In this document: positions 23,265 to 35,882 of the stretch, piece after piece | How the letters are laid out: each line of letters opens with the position of its first letter | Position numbering within the stretch: the first letter of the stretch is position 1 | NCBI GenBank assembly: GCA_004022145.1 | Contig: RCNU01000001.1 | From: Paecilomyces variotii | Taxonomy: Eukaryota | Reading direction: 5' to 3' (one strand) | DNA: 64,000 nucleotides | Position numbers and translations under genes: made by a program | Notes under the pieces: model-generated | Told to the model about the DNA's origin: nothing | Database searches by the model: none | What the model saw: the letters and a program-made list of their open reading frames with translations, nothing else

Positions 23265-24515
23265 ATGGTTGGCGTTCAGTCCATCCAGGTGCCCGAAAAG
23301 TCAAAGGTTGACTTCGGAGCCATTATCACCGGCCTCGACGTGGAAAACCTCAGTGGTAAGTGATGCACCATGGTATAGGCTACAAGGGATAAAGATTACA
23401 AAGTCATGGGAGCACTCCGGGGAACGGTAACCTCCTCAAGGTAAGAACAAGTGATATGCGGCTCGCAAGAGACAAGCAGGCGCTGATCGTTCTCTGCAGA
23501 CGAGGATTTCGAGCTTCTCCGCGATACCCTTTACAAGAAGAGCGTCGTAGTGATCAAGAGCAAACCGGATATCTCCGCCAAGGCCCAGTATGAGCTCACT
23601 CGCCGATTCGACCCCGCTTGCGAGAGCTACGGTCATGGCAAGACGCTCGATGCCAAACGCAGCATCCTGCACCCGGATCTGAAGACTGTCCCTCACCAGC
23701 CGCAGGTGCAAGTCATTGGAAATGGCTTCGTCCCTAGCTATGAGGGTCTCGAGAACATCACTCTCCGTCATCCGCATCATAAGACGTTCCACAAGACCCG
23801 CATCCCGGATGAAGATGACCTGGCATATACGCGGTTCTACCGATGGCATATCGACGCTGCTCTTTATGACTTGAACCCACCTCGTGTCACTTCGCTCCTT
23901 GCCGTTTCTGTGCCCAAGGGTCGCAGACAGACGGTGCGATATGATGATGGCACCGGAGATGAGCTGGATGTGCCGCTGGGAACGACTGCGTTTGTCAGCG
24001 GCTACAACATGTACAATATTCTGTCTGAGGAAGACAAGGAATTCGTGCGCACCAGCAAGATCGAGTACGCACCTCATCCGTACATCTGGATGAGCCCAGC
24101 CAAGTCGCGTCCCGACGGACTTGGCATGTTGTCGGAAGGTCTGGAGCTGGCAGAGTCAGAACTGCCGCCAATTGAGCCCGAGAAGATCAAGATCTTCCCC
24201 ATGACGTGGAAGAACCCAGTCACTGGGGAGCTGGCACTGCAGATTCACCCGTCTGCTGTCCGTCGCATCCATCTGAAGGATGGCAGTGTGATCGACGATC
24301 TGGCCAAGGTGCGAGAGATCGTGCATAGACTGCAGCGTCCGGCTATCAGTCCGGAATATGTCTATCCGCACGACTGGGTGGAAGGCGATCTCGTCCTCTT
24401 CAACAACCAGGGCGTACTGCACTCGGTTGTTGGAGCCTTTGCCGAGAATGAGGTTCGGATCTTCCGCCAGTGCAACCTGGCTGCGAGCACGCCGCCTGTG
24501 GGACCGGATGCGTAG
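23265..24515 (+). CDS. xanA: Alpha-ketoglutarate-dependent xanthine dioxygenase (TauD family)
   Basis: DFGAIITGLDVENLS|DEDF..., AQYELTRRFDP, YGHGKTLDAKRSILHPDLKT, RFYRWHIDAALY (HxD), GVLHSVVGAF, FRQCNLAA closely match A. nidulans XanA as I recall it; one intron ~23356-23498. Confidence 0.92.
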
Positions 24516-25720
24516 ATTACTCGTTTCTGTACCGAGTATAGTTTGTCTTATCATCTGTCTAGGAATTGCAAGTAGTTAAATAGTTAATGAAGGTATAAAG
24601 CCGCGATCAGTTCATTGCCAACTCAGTTTGATATATTCATCCAGCATCCTAGTCTTCTCTTAAACAAGTCAGTCATGGAAAATCGCACCTAAATGATACG
24701 TGGACCACAAACCCGTAGTACCATATACTGTACAACATCCACGTAATGTACTGTACATATGTACAGTACAACATCACGTACATGATCCATCCCAGCATAA
24801 TGCATATATAACATGGAAGTAGTACATACAAATCGGAGAGAAGTACATAATTACCTCTTATGGAATCTTGTAACCCCTGCCCTGCACCTACCACTCAAGC
24901 ACAGGTAGTTAAGCAATACTTACCGAAAAGTCTAGTACTACAGTACTCTCTTCTACTGTTGTAAGTATACACTACACGAAAAGGCCACGATTCCCGAATC
25001 TTCCATGACCTCCCCATTTTCTTATATGGTATAACCGCGTTTAATAATGATCCAGAATAGAAAATAAGTAAAAAATACTGTATATACAATCTTAAGTCCA
25101 TGGATTATAATAAAAAAAATTACTTCCAGGTACACTAGAATAATGTGGCCAGCTAGGTACGATGCTACCTTTTCCTGGAAGCAAGCTTCATCGAGGATAC
25201 TACTTTCTTACCGATGTGATTAATATGCCAATTAAATAAAAATAATCATCCGATAAAAGGAGGGGGGAATAATGATGATAATGATAATCTCTCCGTCTTA
25301 CAAGTCCCTCCATCTGTTCCCGTTCCCGATTTGTCTACCCCCTCCCTTAGCCATACAACCCTTCTAACTGACTACTAAGTACTGTAAGTACCTACTTACT
25401 GACCACCACTAATAATAACATCGCAGTGAATATCTGTATCACACAACATCATAGAGGACCCCTACCCCCCCGGCCAAAAAAAAAATAAATAAATAAATAA
25501 AACGAATATAGTGTAATTTCCAAACCACCCTATATACCCCGCCACGAGAAAACGACCTATCTATCTATCCCACTTCGCACGAAGTATCATAGTTGTGATT
25601 GATGTACTACATATGTACATACATGTATGTACAACATCCTCCATGGGCCCATCCCACACTCATCCAAATCTACATAACCTTTAACATACCATAGACTCCT
25701 CCAACACCAACAGCAAGCAT

Positions 25721-26165
25721 ATCCCATCCCATCCCATCCATATCCTCCCTCCCTACCTAGACCCAGTACTAAATTAATAATAACACCTCATCCCTAACTA
25801 AATCTCTCGTAATCCCGCCTCCCCCCCCCTCTCCCTTCTCATCTCATCTCAGACTCTTCTTCATTACGTCGCGCCAGCCAGAAACACATACACGTGCTGA
25901 GATAACCGTGCATGCAGGGTCCCATATCCCTATCCTATCCTAAAAGCCTAATTGGTCCAGTCCAGGAACAACGAAGCGGTTTAACTAATGCATGTGCTAT
26001 TGTATTTAGCAAGTAATATAACTAAACCTACTTTAGGTATTTAGGAGGGGTCTTAGGCCCAGCGCTAAGGGACGGGATAGGTCGGATATCTTACGCTGTG
26101 CGTTCGGAATAGGATGGTGGGAGATATCGTGACGAGCAGGAGGGGGGATGGGATGGGATGGGATG
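25721..26165. repeat. Pentanucleotide microsatellites (ATCCC)n at 25721-25739 and (GGGAT)n at ~26145-26165, in inverted orientation
   Basis: Read directly, within a low-complexity region between convergent genes. Confidence 0.7.
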
Positions 26166-27070
26166 AGTGACACCAGTTTTTGACTAGTACTCTAGTATAG
26201 TAATTGTCTAATGGAGTTAACTCTGACCGGGACGCTGGGGTTGTTGCTAGAATGGGTAGGTGGGCGCTTGGATGGGTGGTTACGACTGCGGGGTTTATCC
26301 TACTTGACGACGATGGAGGGGTATGGAATTGCTTTTTTTTCTTTTCAGAGGAACTTGTTTTGGAAAATAAAAAAAGGTAAAAAGGTCTAATTGTAAGTTG
26401 ATAGGTTGGTAAGTTGGTCCGCTATGTATGTACATCCGTTTCCACGCAGAGAGAGACCCTGGCCTAGAGGAGAGGTAAACGCGACGTACGCGTGGAAAGA
26501 GACAGAACAAAGGAGAGATGGCCAATCGGGCAAGTAGTAAGGAAAGAGACAGGATCGAAGAAAATAACAAAGTGGTATCATCGAGAAAGGAAACAAACTG
26601 TAGACTCGACGGATCCCAGAAATAACTCGAGATAGGTTTCCCCACGGAACATGTTGACTCCGGTAAGAGCAGATAAGACACGAGAGCGCAGACCCGACCC
26701 AGAAAGGAATGTGAGAGAACGCAGCATGGGCGCCAACAGAACCCCGGGAGTGCGATAGAGACACGCCGACGAGCGATGAGAAAAGAACTAAAAACCAGTG
26801 GTATATTAGACGAAATGAGTTCGCCAGAAACGAAAAAATCACGCAGCCAAATCCAAAGAGATTCAGAAGATGCAATGTTGCCGAAAGAAAAGAACAAAAA
26901 GCGCCTGCCTTGCGGCAGGTATCTGGTGTATCAATGCAATGTCGAAGTGAAATCGAATCGCAGAAAAGTGTTGTCAACTTCCCCTCGTCCTCCCCTGATA
27001 AGCAATGTATCAAAAACTTTTTTGGCGCACTGCTGTGCGCCCTCCGTGAGAAGGTCATAATTCAAATCAT

Positions 27071-28318
27071 CTAAGCAGTCGACGGTCTGCGGAGGATACC
27101 ATCACAGTTGGCATCAAACCGCATGTTCCATAAACGAACACTGTTCATCAATTTCTCCGTGTTTTCCAGCTCGCGATCGCGACCAAAGATCGTATCGACA
27201 AACTCGCAGCCAGCATTCCGACCCATCGACATGGGTCCCTTGCCACCTTCGCGCTTGGCAGCCTTCCACATAAAATGTTCACAGGACTTCAGCAACCGTT
27301 CGAACCGAGCCCAGAGTCGCGCACCACTCTTGATGAAGTCCTCCACCATCTCACGGGCGTCTGGGCGATAGATCCGGTCGACGCATTCCTCAGCTCTCTT
27401 CATCTTGCCCGCCAACTTGATCAACAACAGCCATAGATCACCTGCCACTTCTGCCATGGGCGTTGCAGCTCCGAGATGAAACACCGTCCAGTCGTAAATC
27501 CATTTGCCTAGCGAGTTGGCGTCAAAGACACTACCAAGCAGGATGATTGGCTCTTCCGTCGGATCCCAGTTCTTAGTGGAATAGCCTGGCGGGATCCCTT
27601 TCCTGCGCGCGTCTTCCTCTGTTGCCTTGGGTGGCGATTTGGAGCTAGCAGATGGTTTAGGCTTCTGTGGAGTGCGTGTCGACGTGGATGCGCGGCGGGC
27701 CCGTGACCGTCTCGGCGTGTCCGTCTCGTCGAAAACGGGAACCTGATAAGTGTAATAATGATCAGTGGCTGGTCTTGGCTTGCCTGTAGACGAAGAGTAT
27801 CGATAAGACTGGTAGTAGTCATCGTCGTCGTCGTCCGTCTCAGGGTCATAGTAACCCCGAGACGGACGGGCCCCGGAGGGCTCGACATAGACGTATTCCC
27901 GCGCATCGTCGGTCACATCCACAAAGATGGACCGCTTCTGCGAACGCGACGGACGGACCTCATCGTAGTAGTCACAGCCATAGAATGGCCGGGTGCCCGA
28001 CGTCGAGAACCGACGCGGTGCACACTTCGTCCTCTTGCCACCGAAACTAGCACTTACATGTTCGTGCTTGCGCGGCGGCGTCGCATATTCTGGCATCGCC
28101 TCATAGTGACTTTGCGACTGATACCCCGAGAACCATCCTGCCGACTCCCTGGGCCCGGCGTAACTAGCCTTGCGGTTGTGTCGTTTCGACGGTCCGCGCG
28201 GGGAGGCGTGCGGGCTGGCGTACTGGGACGAGTAGTAGACGTAGTGAGGAGAGGTTGGCGGCGAGGTCGTGTATTCGTAAGCAGACCACCCGGGAGGTGG
28301 ACTGGAATAGTGATACAT
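27071..28318 (-). CDS. Conserved filamentous-fungal protein (often mis-labelled 'vegetative cell wall protein gp1'): low-complexity S/P/Y/R N-terminus and conserved helical C-terminal domain
   Basis: Intronless ORF from ATG 28318 (MYHYSSPPPGW); C-terminal IPPGYSTKNWDPTEEPIILLGSVFDANSLGKWIYDWT...RLWNMRFDANC. Confidence 0.8.
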   Translation of the reverse strand: MYHYSSPPPGWSAYEYTTSPPTSPHYVYYSSQYASPHASPRGPSKRHNRKASYAGPRESAGWFSGYQSQSHYEAMPEYATPPRKHEHVSASFGGKRTKCAPRRFSTSGTRPFYGCDYYDEVRPSRSQKRSIFVDVTDDAREYVYVEPSGARPSRGYYDPETDDDDDDYYQSYRYSSSTGKPRPATDHYYTYQVPVFDETDTPRRSRARRASTSTRTPQKPKPSASSKSPPKATEEDARRKGIPPGYSTKNWDPTEEPIILLGSVFDANSLGKWIYDWTVFHLGAATPMAEVAGDLWLLLIKLAGKMKRAEECVDRIYRPDAREMVEDFIKSGARLWARFERLLKSCEHFMWKAAKREGGKGPMSMGRNAGCEFVDTIFGRDRELENTEKLMNSVRLWNMRFDANCDGILRRPSTA

Positions 28319-31300
28319 TATCGACGGAATGGCATGAGATCCGAGCAGTGAATTCTTCTTCTCCGACTCTGTGGATGAGAGACTCTTTTTTGGCGCGACC
28401 GCTGGGAAAGAGGATGAAAACCCAGAGAGCAACGAGAAAAGAGGAAGAAAAGGAAAAAAAAATCAAACAAACACCCCAGATGTATGTATATAGTGTACAG
28501 GATATCGCTCAGATCGCAGAAAGAATAGCGCGAAAGACGGAATCAAATCGAAGAAAGGCAAAGGCGAGCCGTCACCGTGGCACAGCCTTCAATCGAATAA
28601 AGAGAAAGGGTTGGGCGTCGGTGAGGTGAGCGTGCATTTGAGCTTCTGTCGACGAGACGCGACGAAGGTGAGGATTGGGATGATCCCAGTGACGGAATTC
28701 GAACCCCAAACCGCGCGAGTGGCGAGAATATGCTTTCCTTCAGAGGAATCCTGAGGAATTATTATTGAGCAGGTTCCCGGACGCGACGCCAGAAACCAAG
28801 CCAGAGGGATCAGTTGGTTGGTTGATATGTATTTATATTAATATATCTGATGGTTGTTTGTAGAGAGCGAAACCCAGAGGTTGGGGTTTGGGGCTAGAGT
28901 GTGACGGGGAAAAGAGCAGAAGTTCAACCGTGGGCGGCGAGCGGGAGTCTACCAAGTTTTGTAGGAGTGCGAGGGGGGCGCTTTTTGGCTCGGTTGGCCC
29001 GCGCTGGTTGTGGCGTCCAAGAAGTCTCTTTTTTTTTCCCTTTTCTTTTCCTTCTTGGACCCTCCAGGCGTTCCCCCTAGCTTGGGCTCGACAATCCAGT
29101 CCAGTCGGGCTCCAACAGGCTCTTAGCGAACCGCCACAGGGGAGGACGACGCTGATTATTCCCCTGTCACTCTCGCTGAACACGTTTTTTTCTTCTTCCG
29201 CTGCGCAATCCCGGTCTCGGGCCCGGGGTGGAGAGAGGCTACTGGGGATAGTTATGGTAGTCCTTCAGGGATTATTTATTCTGTCCTGCCACCCTTTTTT
29301 ATTTTTCCCACCCGTTTGTGTGGAATGTGTGAAGGCAGCAGGGCAATGAGTACTCAAACGGAGGAATACTACTCATCATGATAACTGAAGCAGCAGAGAG
29401 GAGTCATCGCAAGGCTGGTCAGGTCCTGTTCGAACGTATCGTATCCTCTGGCCTGATCGGTTGGCCTTTCTGGTCGGGCATCATGGCTACCCGCCCGCTT
29501 GCCAACAAGGGTCTGCGGCACACGACACAGAGTCATAATAGAATGATCTTCATCGTGTTGAATAATAATGTCTAACGGTACTGCCTTTTTGCTTTGCTTG
29601 GGACTCGAACGGAGAAAATGCGTTTGCCCTATGGGGATGCCATATTCTGCTTTGGATGGACAGCAGGAAACAGTCGTGCTGCGCCCGTATGGCGGCGAAT
29701 TGATGGAAGGCGGCTTATCAAACCGCACATTGGGCGTAATGATCAGTTAGATTGGCAATAAACAGCGTCAGAAGGCCGATGGCTGTCCAGAACTAGGCAT
29801 CTGCGATCGAACCATGTCGCATCTCCAGCGCCCGGGATCGGTGTGGACGAGGTCTAGTTAGTAGTTACTCTACATTGCTAATTATCCCCGGATCACATTG
29901 TTCGATGCGGTGACTCACCCACCGTTTCACCCGGTAGTTTGAGGAAGAAAAGCCCCCTCTCTGCCTATACTGCTGTAAGTAATCCATCGACTCCAGCTGC
30001 TATGTTTCTCGGAGGAATGGTGGTGTAGAAGCGCCCCTATCTCCGTCGTTGACGCCGATGGGTTCACGGAATATAGACCTGGTGTAGCGGTAGTACAAAG
30101 ACCATCCGCGAATCAGTATGATTCCTCACATCGGTAGTCAGCTGCCTAGACTTGTGCGACACAGGCTTTACATTCTAGAGGTCTTCGATCTCAGCACAAG
30201 CATTCCCCCGGTCGAAGGCTTCAGCGGTTCTTGCGTACATTTCATACAAACCACACAGCCCTACACCCACCGACTGGAAGCGGAATCAGCCCTCATAGGT
30301 TCGAGTCTACGGCTGACGGTGACATCGACAGACATCCCAGATGGATATAAGGCTGCAGGAACTGAAGAGGTTTTTTTCTCGAAGCATCTGCGTCAGAGAC
30401 ATTGTGAGTATCACTGGTGAAGAGGCAACCCGCACCCTGCCCTAACTACCCACTGGCCCCTATCGATCTGCATAGTTGAGTATATCAAAAGATATTATCG
30501 AATCAACAGTTTCCCCCAACAATACACCGATCGGCAGCTCTGTTCAGGTCCAGGCTTCCATCAGGAGAAATTCTCCCGTTCAGCCGCGTCATCGCAGCGT
30601 CTCCATTAATGCGCTGCCTCAACGGGCAAACAGCCAAGGTGATGCTCAAAAGACATATCTCGTTTGAGACACGAATCTAGATGCTGGGTGCTATTTCGAC
30701 AATCAAGGGAGCTTGTACGGATGATATTTTCTTTCAACAAGCAACAGCCCACGCTCAGGGTAAGCAAGCAATGTCGACGCGCCTGTTGGTTTGGCATATT
30801 GTAGAAAGCAGCTGAATATGGGAAGAACTCCTAGTTAGATAACTAACTAATAACTACCTGCGCCTATCGATTAATAATCGCCACCCTGTGGCTTTGCAAC
30901 CGCTGACCTCTCAGGTTCTCGGTTCTTTTGTGCCAAAATATCGGTTCTCAACGTGGGGAATCGTCCAGAGAGAATCACCGGCAGAGCCCGAGAGATTCAG
31001 CATGCCACGAGACGTGCTACATAGTTAGTACGTAGTATCTAAGACAGTAGCAATTCGTTATGTATGGATAACCTTCGCCTACTGGGCCAGTGCCCTAAGC
31101 CGGGGCCCACGGGTATCCAGTGCGTTTAGTCTACTCGCCTATCTCCAGCCTCCACTGAACGTTTGATTGCGGATTCTGATATTTGACACACAAAACGCAT
31201 TTCCTACGCGAGACTCGTCTCCGCATATCTACATATTTGATCCGCTCTGGCAAGGCAATGTCGGTTTGCCTGTGTCTCATCCATTTCCCACATGAGACAT

Positions 31301-34300
31301 GATTGATGCGATATCGGCTGTTGTGCCTTGACCGCTGGCCGTGCGATGCTGAGTATTGTCGAAACTAATAATCTGTCGCCAGGGCGGCCAGCAGACCGCA
31401 ACTTGGAGTCAAACCAGTCAAAGAGGTAGGAGCTCGTATGGCTCGGGGGATATACTGCAGACATGCTCTAGCCAGCGCGACGAACAGATCGTACAGTTGG
31501 CTAGACCCGAGACTATCTGGATCATGACGCTCTTCGTGCATAGCCTGGACCAGCGGGGACTCCTTTGGTCGTTTGCACCGGAGAGAACTGTATATCCGTA
31601 TCTACGAGACATTGCCTGCTGCGACAGCCCCGGGGATCTCCACTTAATAGGTAGCAAAACAAACTGCCGCACTGAGTATGGAGTCTCTCTTCGCCTTACA
31701 AACAGGAGCGCTCTGGCCGTGCCCTGCCTTATGTGAGATGACCTTGCCATTAACTACTACACCTGATAATAATGTCTATCATCTGATATTGAGTTTGACG
31801 TCAAATTTCCTGCAAAGTAATTACCTAATCTGTAATCAGTAATAACTAGTTAGTTATAACTTAACTACTCGCCTGGCGCTGTGCGAAGCCCGGGGTGGTC
31901 TGCTCATCCGGCCCCAAATGCACATCTGGAGGCAGCGCAGTGGATGGAAGAATCACTATACGTAGTTGAGCTTCTGGCGTTGTTCTTGTCAGAAGATACG
32001 CCCTGCATGGTAGTATCCCAACATCTTTCGGCCCCTCACAAAAGCCATTCTCCTTGTCATCCATGATGCCTGATCCCCGTCAGCGATTTGCCTTGCGCCC
32101 GTAGTGCTCAGGAACGGCTCCCGGGCGCCTCGTCGACAAGTCAACTTCTAGCATTGGTAGTTCGTTATTGATTTACTTTTGCTCCGGTAGGACACTCGAT
32201 TGGCCGATACATTTTCGATCTCATCTTGGCCAACCATGGATATGGATCAATGCCAATGGATAACGGGTGAGCTTTGTCCCATCCATGGTTATTTGGTCTT
32301 TTAGTTTCGCGCGGGTAAGGACGCTGCATTCCGCGCGATGCGGTGGAGAAAAAAGACATCTGACATATCCTATCCAGTTTTATTATCCACCAACAACAAG
32401 CATATCGAACGGAACCGTTGTTGCGGGCGGCCCCTAGTTAACTAGTCTGTCCTACCAGCCAAGTATGAGCGGTGTCTTGATGCCACCCCCCTTGCTGTGC
32501 TGCCTCAGCAGACAGCAGCGTTTGCGCTGTTCGTGCATATCTAGATAGAGGAAATCGAAGATGCAGTTTCCCGTCTGCATGCTGTCTACAGTAGGAAGAA
32601 AGGAGAATCCAATACGCGACTAGTTCTCTCTGTGTTTTGCGCTGGTTCCAAATTCCCGTCAAATGCCAATACTAATGATCATAATCATAATCACAATTAT
32701 ATCCTGGATCGAATTATTATTCTCTCCATTTTCTTGTCCGATGGCCCACCGTAATCTCCCCTATACTTGCTTTATCTAGCCCCTTTTTTTCCACGCTTCC
32801 ATTCCACATGCAGGGAAGAATCGAACCTCAGCCACGATCACATAGCAGGGTTATACCATGTTCAAAGGAAAATATGGCCATGCGTATGCTACCCTCCTTG
32901 GTTTACCATCATTCTTCTGCTTACTGCATATCATATTATATTTTTGACGATTCCAACGCTGGGGCCAACAATGTCTGTGTGCGACGGTCTGCTCAGCCCT
33001 TACCCTTAGCCCTTATCTAAATACCCTGTGCCCTGAAACAAGGCTTATCTATCTAGAATGCTCGACTAACCTAGTCTGTCTGTCTATTTTTTATTTTGAT
33101 TTGAGTTTAGTAAGGCTATTTTAGAACATGGCCTTTCGTTGACGGAGCCTTTCGTGGGATGGCCATTATTATCATCATGATTCATGGCTGGGCTATGTTC
33201 TAAACTTCCAAGGCTTCCTGCATGGTGATACTTTTGTTAGAATGCACAGCCGTGGGCTGGCTGTCTAGCTGCCTTAGTTGCCTTAGCTCTAGGGCCCAGA
33301 AGTCCAACCATAATAAAGATCCATCCCAAACGCTTACCAGGAAGATAATAATAATAATAATACATAACAGGTTGAAGACAGCTTAAAGGCTTAGTCTAGA
33401 GTCTTCGCGGGCCGCAACGGGATGGACGTTGAGTCGTCAATCTAGCAGACTGCCTTCTTCTTCTTCCCCGCTGCTGGGCGTTCACGCTGCATACTCCAGT
33501 CAAAAAGAAGAAAACGAGAAAACGAACGTGAACCCCTCTTTTACTTTTACCCTTTTGGTCTATCAATCCATCTCGACCCCTCTCGCTCGCCTTCCCCGGA
33601 TGGTAATGATTATTATTAACTTAGTATGGAATTTACTACTATGTAATAGGATCAGTCCAGCAACAAGAGATAGATAGTTATTATTGTTGCCCAATAGAGA
33701 CTCTCGTCACCCAAGTCTCGAGCGCGTTTTCTACTCACTTTAACTGCTAACAATAAATAGCCTCTTCTAGAAACATGACAGCGACCAATCACGACCTATA
33801 TCTATGTCCATCATGCTGCTTCATCTTTTTCCATCCCCTTTCTTCTCATACGACACACTCCAAAACGTGCCTGCATGGTCATCATAACTAGTAGATGGCG
33901 TCTGGTGGTAGTAGCAAGTGAGTGAGTGTAGTGAGCGTGTGGAGTTTGAAGGGAGAGAGTGTAACCGCCGAATGAGCGCCAGCCACGCTAAGTAACTAGG
34001 TCGATCCGCTTTCTTGGTTTCGGGAGTCTCGAGAACTTGAACAAGGCGTTAGGCTGCGTTTCCGTCAGGTTGTCATGCTGAGACTACTCTAATGGGTTGC
34101 AGATTCCCCTCCTTTTTTCTTTTCTTTTCTTTATGGCGATGTTGAAGCGTTGTGGAGAGGTTTTTACGCGCCTGAGTGGGCTGGAGTCGGTCGGTCGCTA
34201 TGGTAATTCCTGCAAGAAATGGTGATTAACAAGGCAGCGCTATCTGACGATAGTAGTAATACTACCAGTAGTAAGAGTCTGGTTCGTTTCGCATACTTAG

Positions 34301-35882
34301 TCTCTCTGTATGGATATGGTGATTCTAGAAGGCAGATGATAATGGTGCATGATCGATGTTGCGCATTGGATTGGGTATCTATCTATCAGGCTGTCTTATC
34401 CTTTTCTTTGCATGACTTGAAGAATGCAAAAATAAGGTCTAGACTTTTTTATTATCCGCAATAGAGATTATTACTATAAACTATCTATCCTGATCGATCG
34501 TTATCGATCGACTCTTGATTGTGACTATTGTCATTCTCTCCGCGCATAATTTCAAGAAGCAAATTGATTAATCAATTATATAGTTACGTTATAACTAGTG
34601 GTGTAGATATGGCTCATAATTCCTTCTTCTGCTACTACCAAACGCCCGATCTAGTCATCTTCGAAAGCTCTTGCAGTTTTCCTTCCTTGTCTCCAAATCA
34701 TTAAGTTACTACTACAGGTCTCGAGAGGACAATCATGCAATATATTACAAAATCACCTATTCATCACCTCCTTCATGGAGACAAAATATCCCTACGCTGT
34801 ATCTGTGCCGTAGTGATCTATTGGATTGGATCTTTCTTGGCTTGGATAATAATATATGCACGTACAGTACATACATACATCAGGATAAACTCACATCGGA
34901 CAAGAAGACGCACACCATGCCCCTAACTAATTAAGTAAGTACTATACACATCCACATGAAATAGAACCTCCAACCTGGAAAGTGCACTTCCCATTCAACA
35001 AACCGAAAAAGAAAAATCTTATCTCCATCTTTCATCCTCCCCAAACGAAACGCAAAATCAATTTACAACACAACCAGATCGGGCCGAAGGCAAGGCCCAA
35101 TCCCAATTTCAATCCTTCCTGCAGACGTGAAATCTGCAGTCTTGGCCCTGCTTAGTTTGTTTTACTATCGCTCCCTCCAACCACCATCTAGAGAGAAAGT
35201 AAGGCGTGAGGGAGGGGTAGAGCTTATCGATTTGTTATCCAACCCTGGATGGATGGAGGGTATGCATGGCGATATGGAAGTATGTGGATGTGTTGTACTG
35301 CATTTATGTATGTGTGTATGTATGTGATGTTGATGTATACCGTGGCTTGTTGAGATGGGATAGTTGGGATGTTGGTAGTGCTGTTGGTATGTAAGTTGTG
35401 TTCATTGTTGAAGATAAGAAATCTCTTTTTGTGAATGGATAGATCATTCGCCATGGCGAGATATGCGTCTTGCTTAGAGCGGGATAAATTGCCTCGAGGT
35501 GGTCTATTATTACATCAGTACTCCTAGAAAGTAGTCTGAAACTAAGGAAATATAGGTAAAGTAATATCGGGCGCCGGTTGTGTCTCTCTTGGGTGAGCGT
35601 TGATAGTTTATTTGGTTTTGTCTTAAACAGATACTTTTGCAGGTTTATGTATGCACGTGGACAGAGTCTGTAAACCCAAGTCATTAATTCCTAGATCCTC
35701 TTGTAGAGTGGAATATGTATGATCCCTCGTCCATTGTTAGGTATTACATTAAACCCAAAAAACCTAACACCTCGATCCGTGTGATAACCACGTTGACCCC
35801 ATAAGACAGATCGTAGGTCTGTTTAATAAAACTCTCATGTCAAGCCGTATAATATAGCCACCAAAGACGCAAATGTATGTAC

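Noticed and set aside
26295-27060. 200-223 aa ORFs downstream of the gp1-like gene
   Set aside because: F/L/S-rich translations of a pyrimidine-rich 3' UTR; no domains or coding-like composition.
28694-28705. GGTTCGAATTCC on the minus strand, resembling a tRNA B-box/T-loop
   Set aside because: Flanks do not form T, acceptor or anticodon stems and there is no A-box; at most an isolated TFIIIC-like site.
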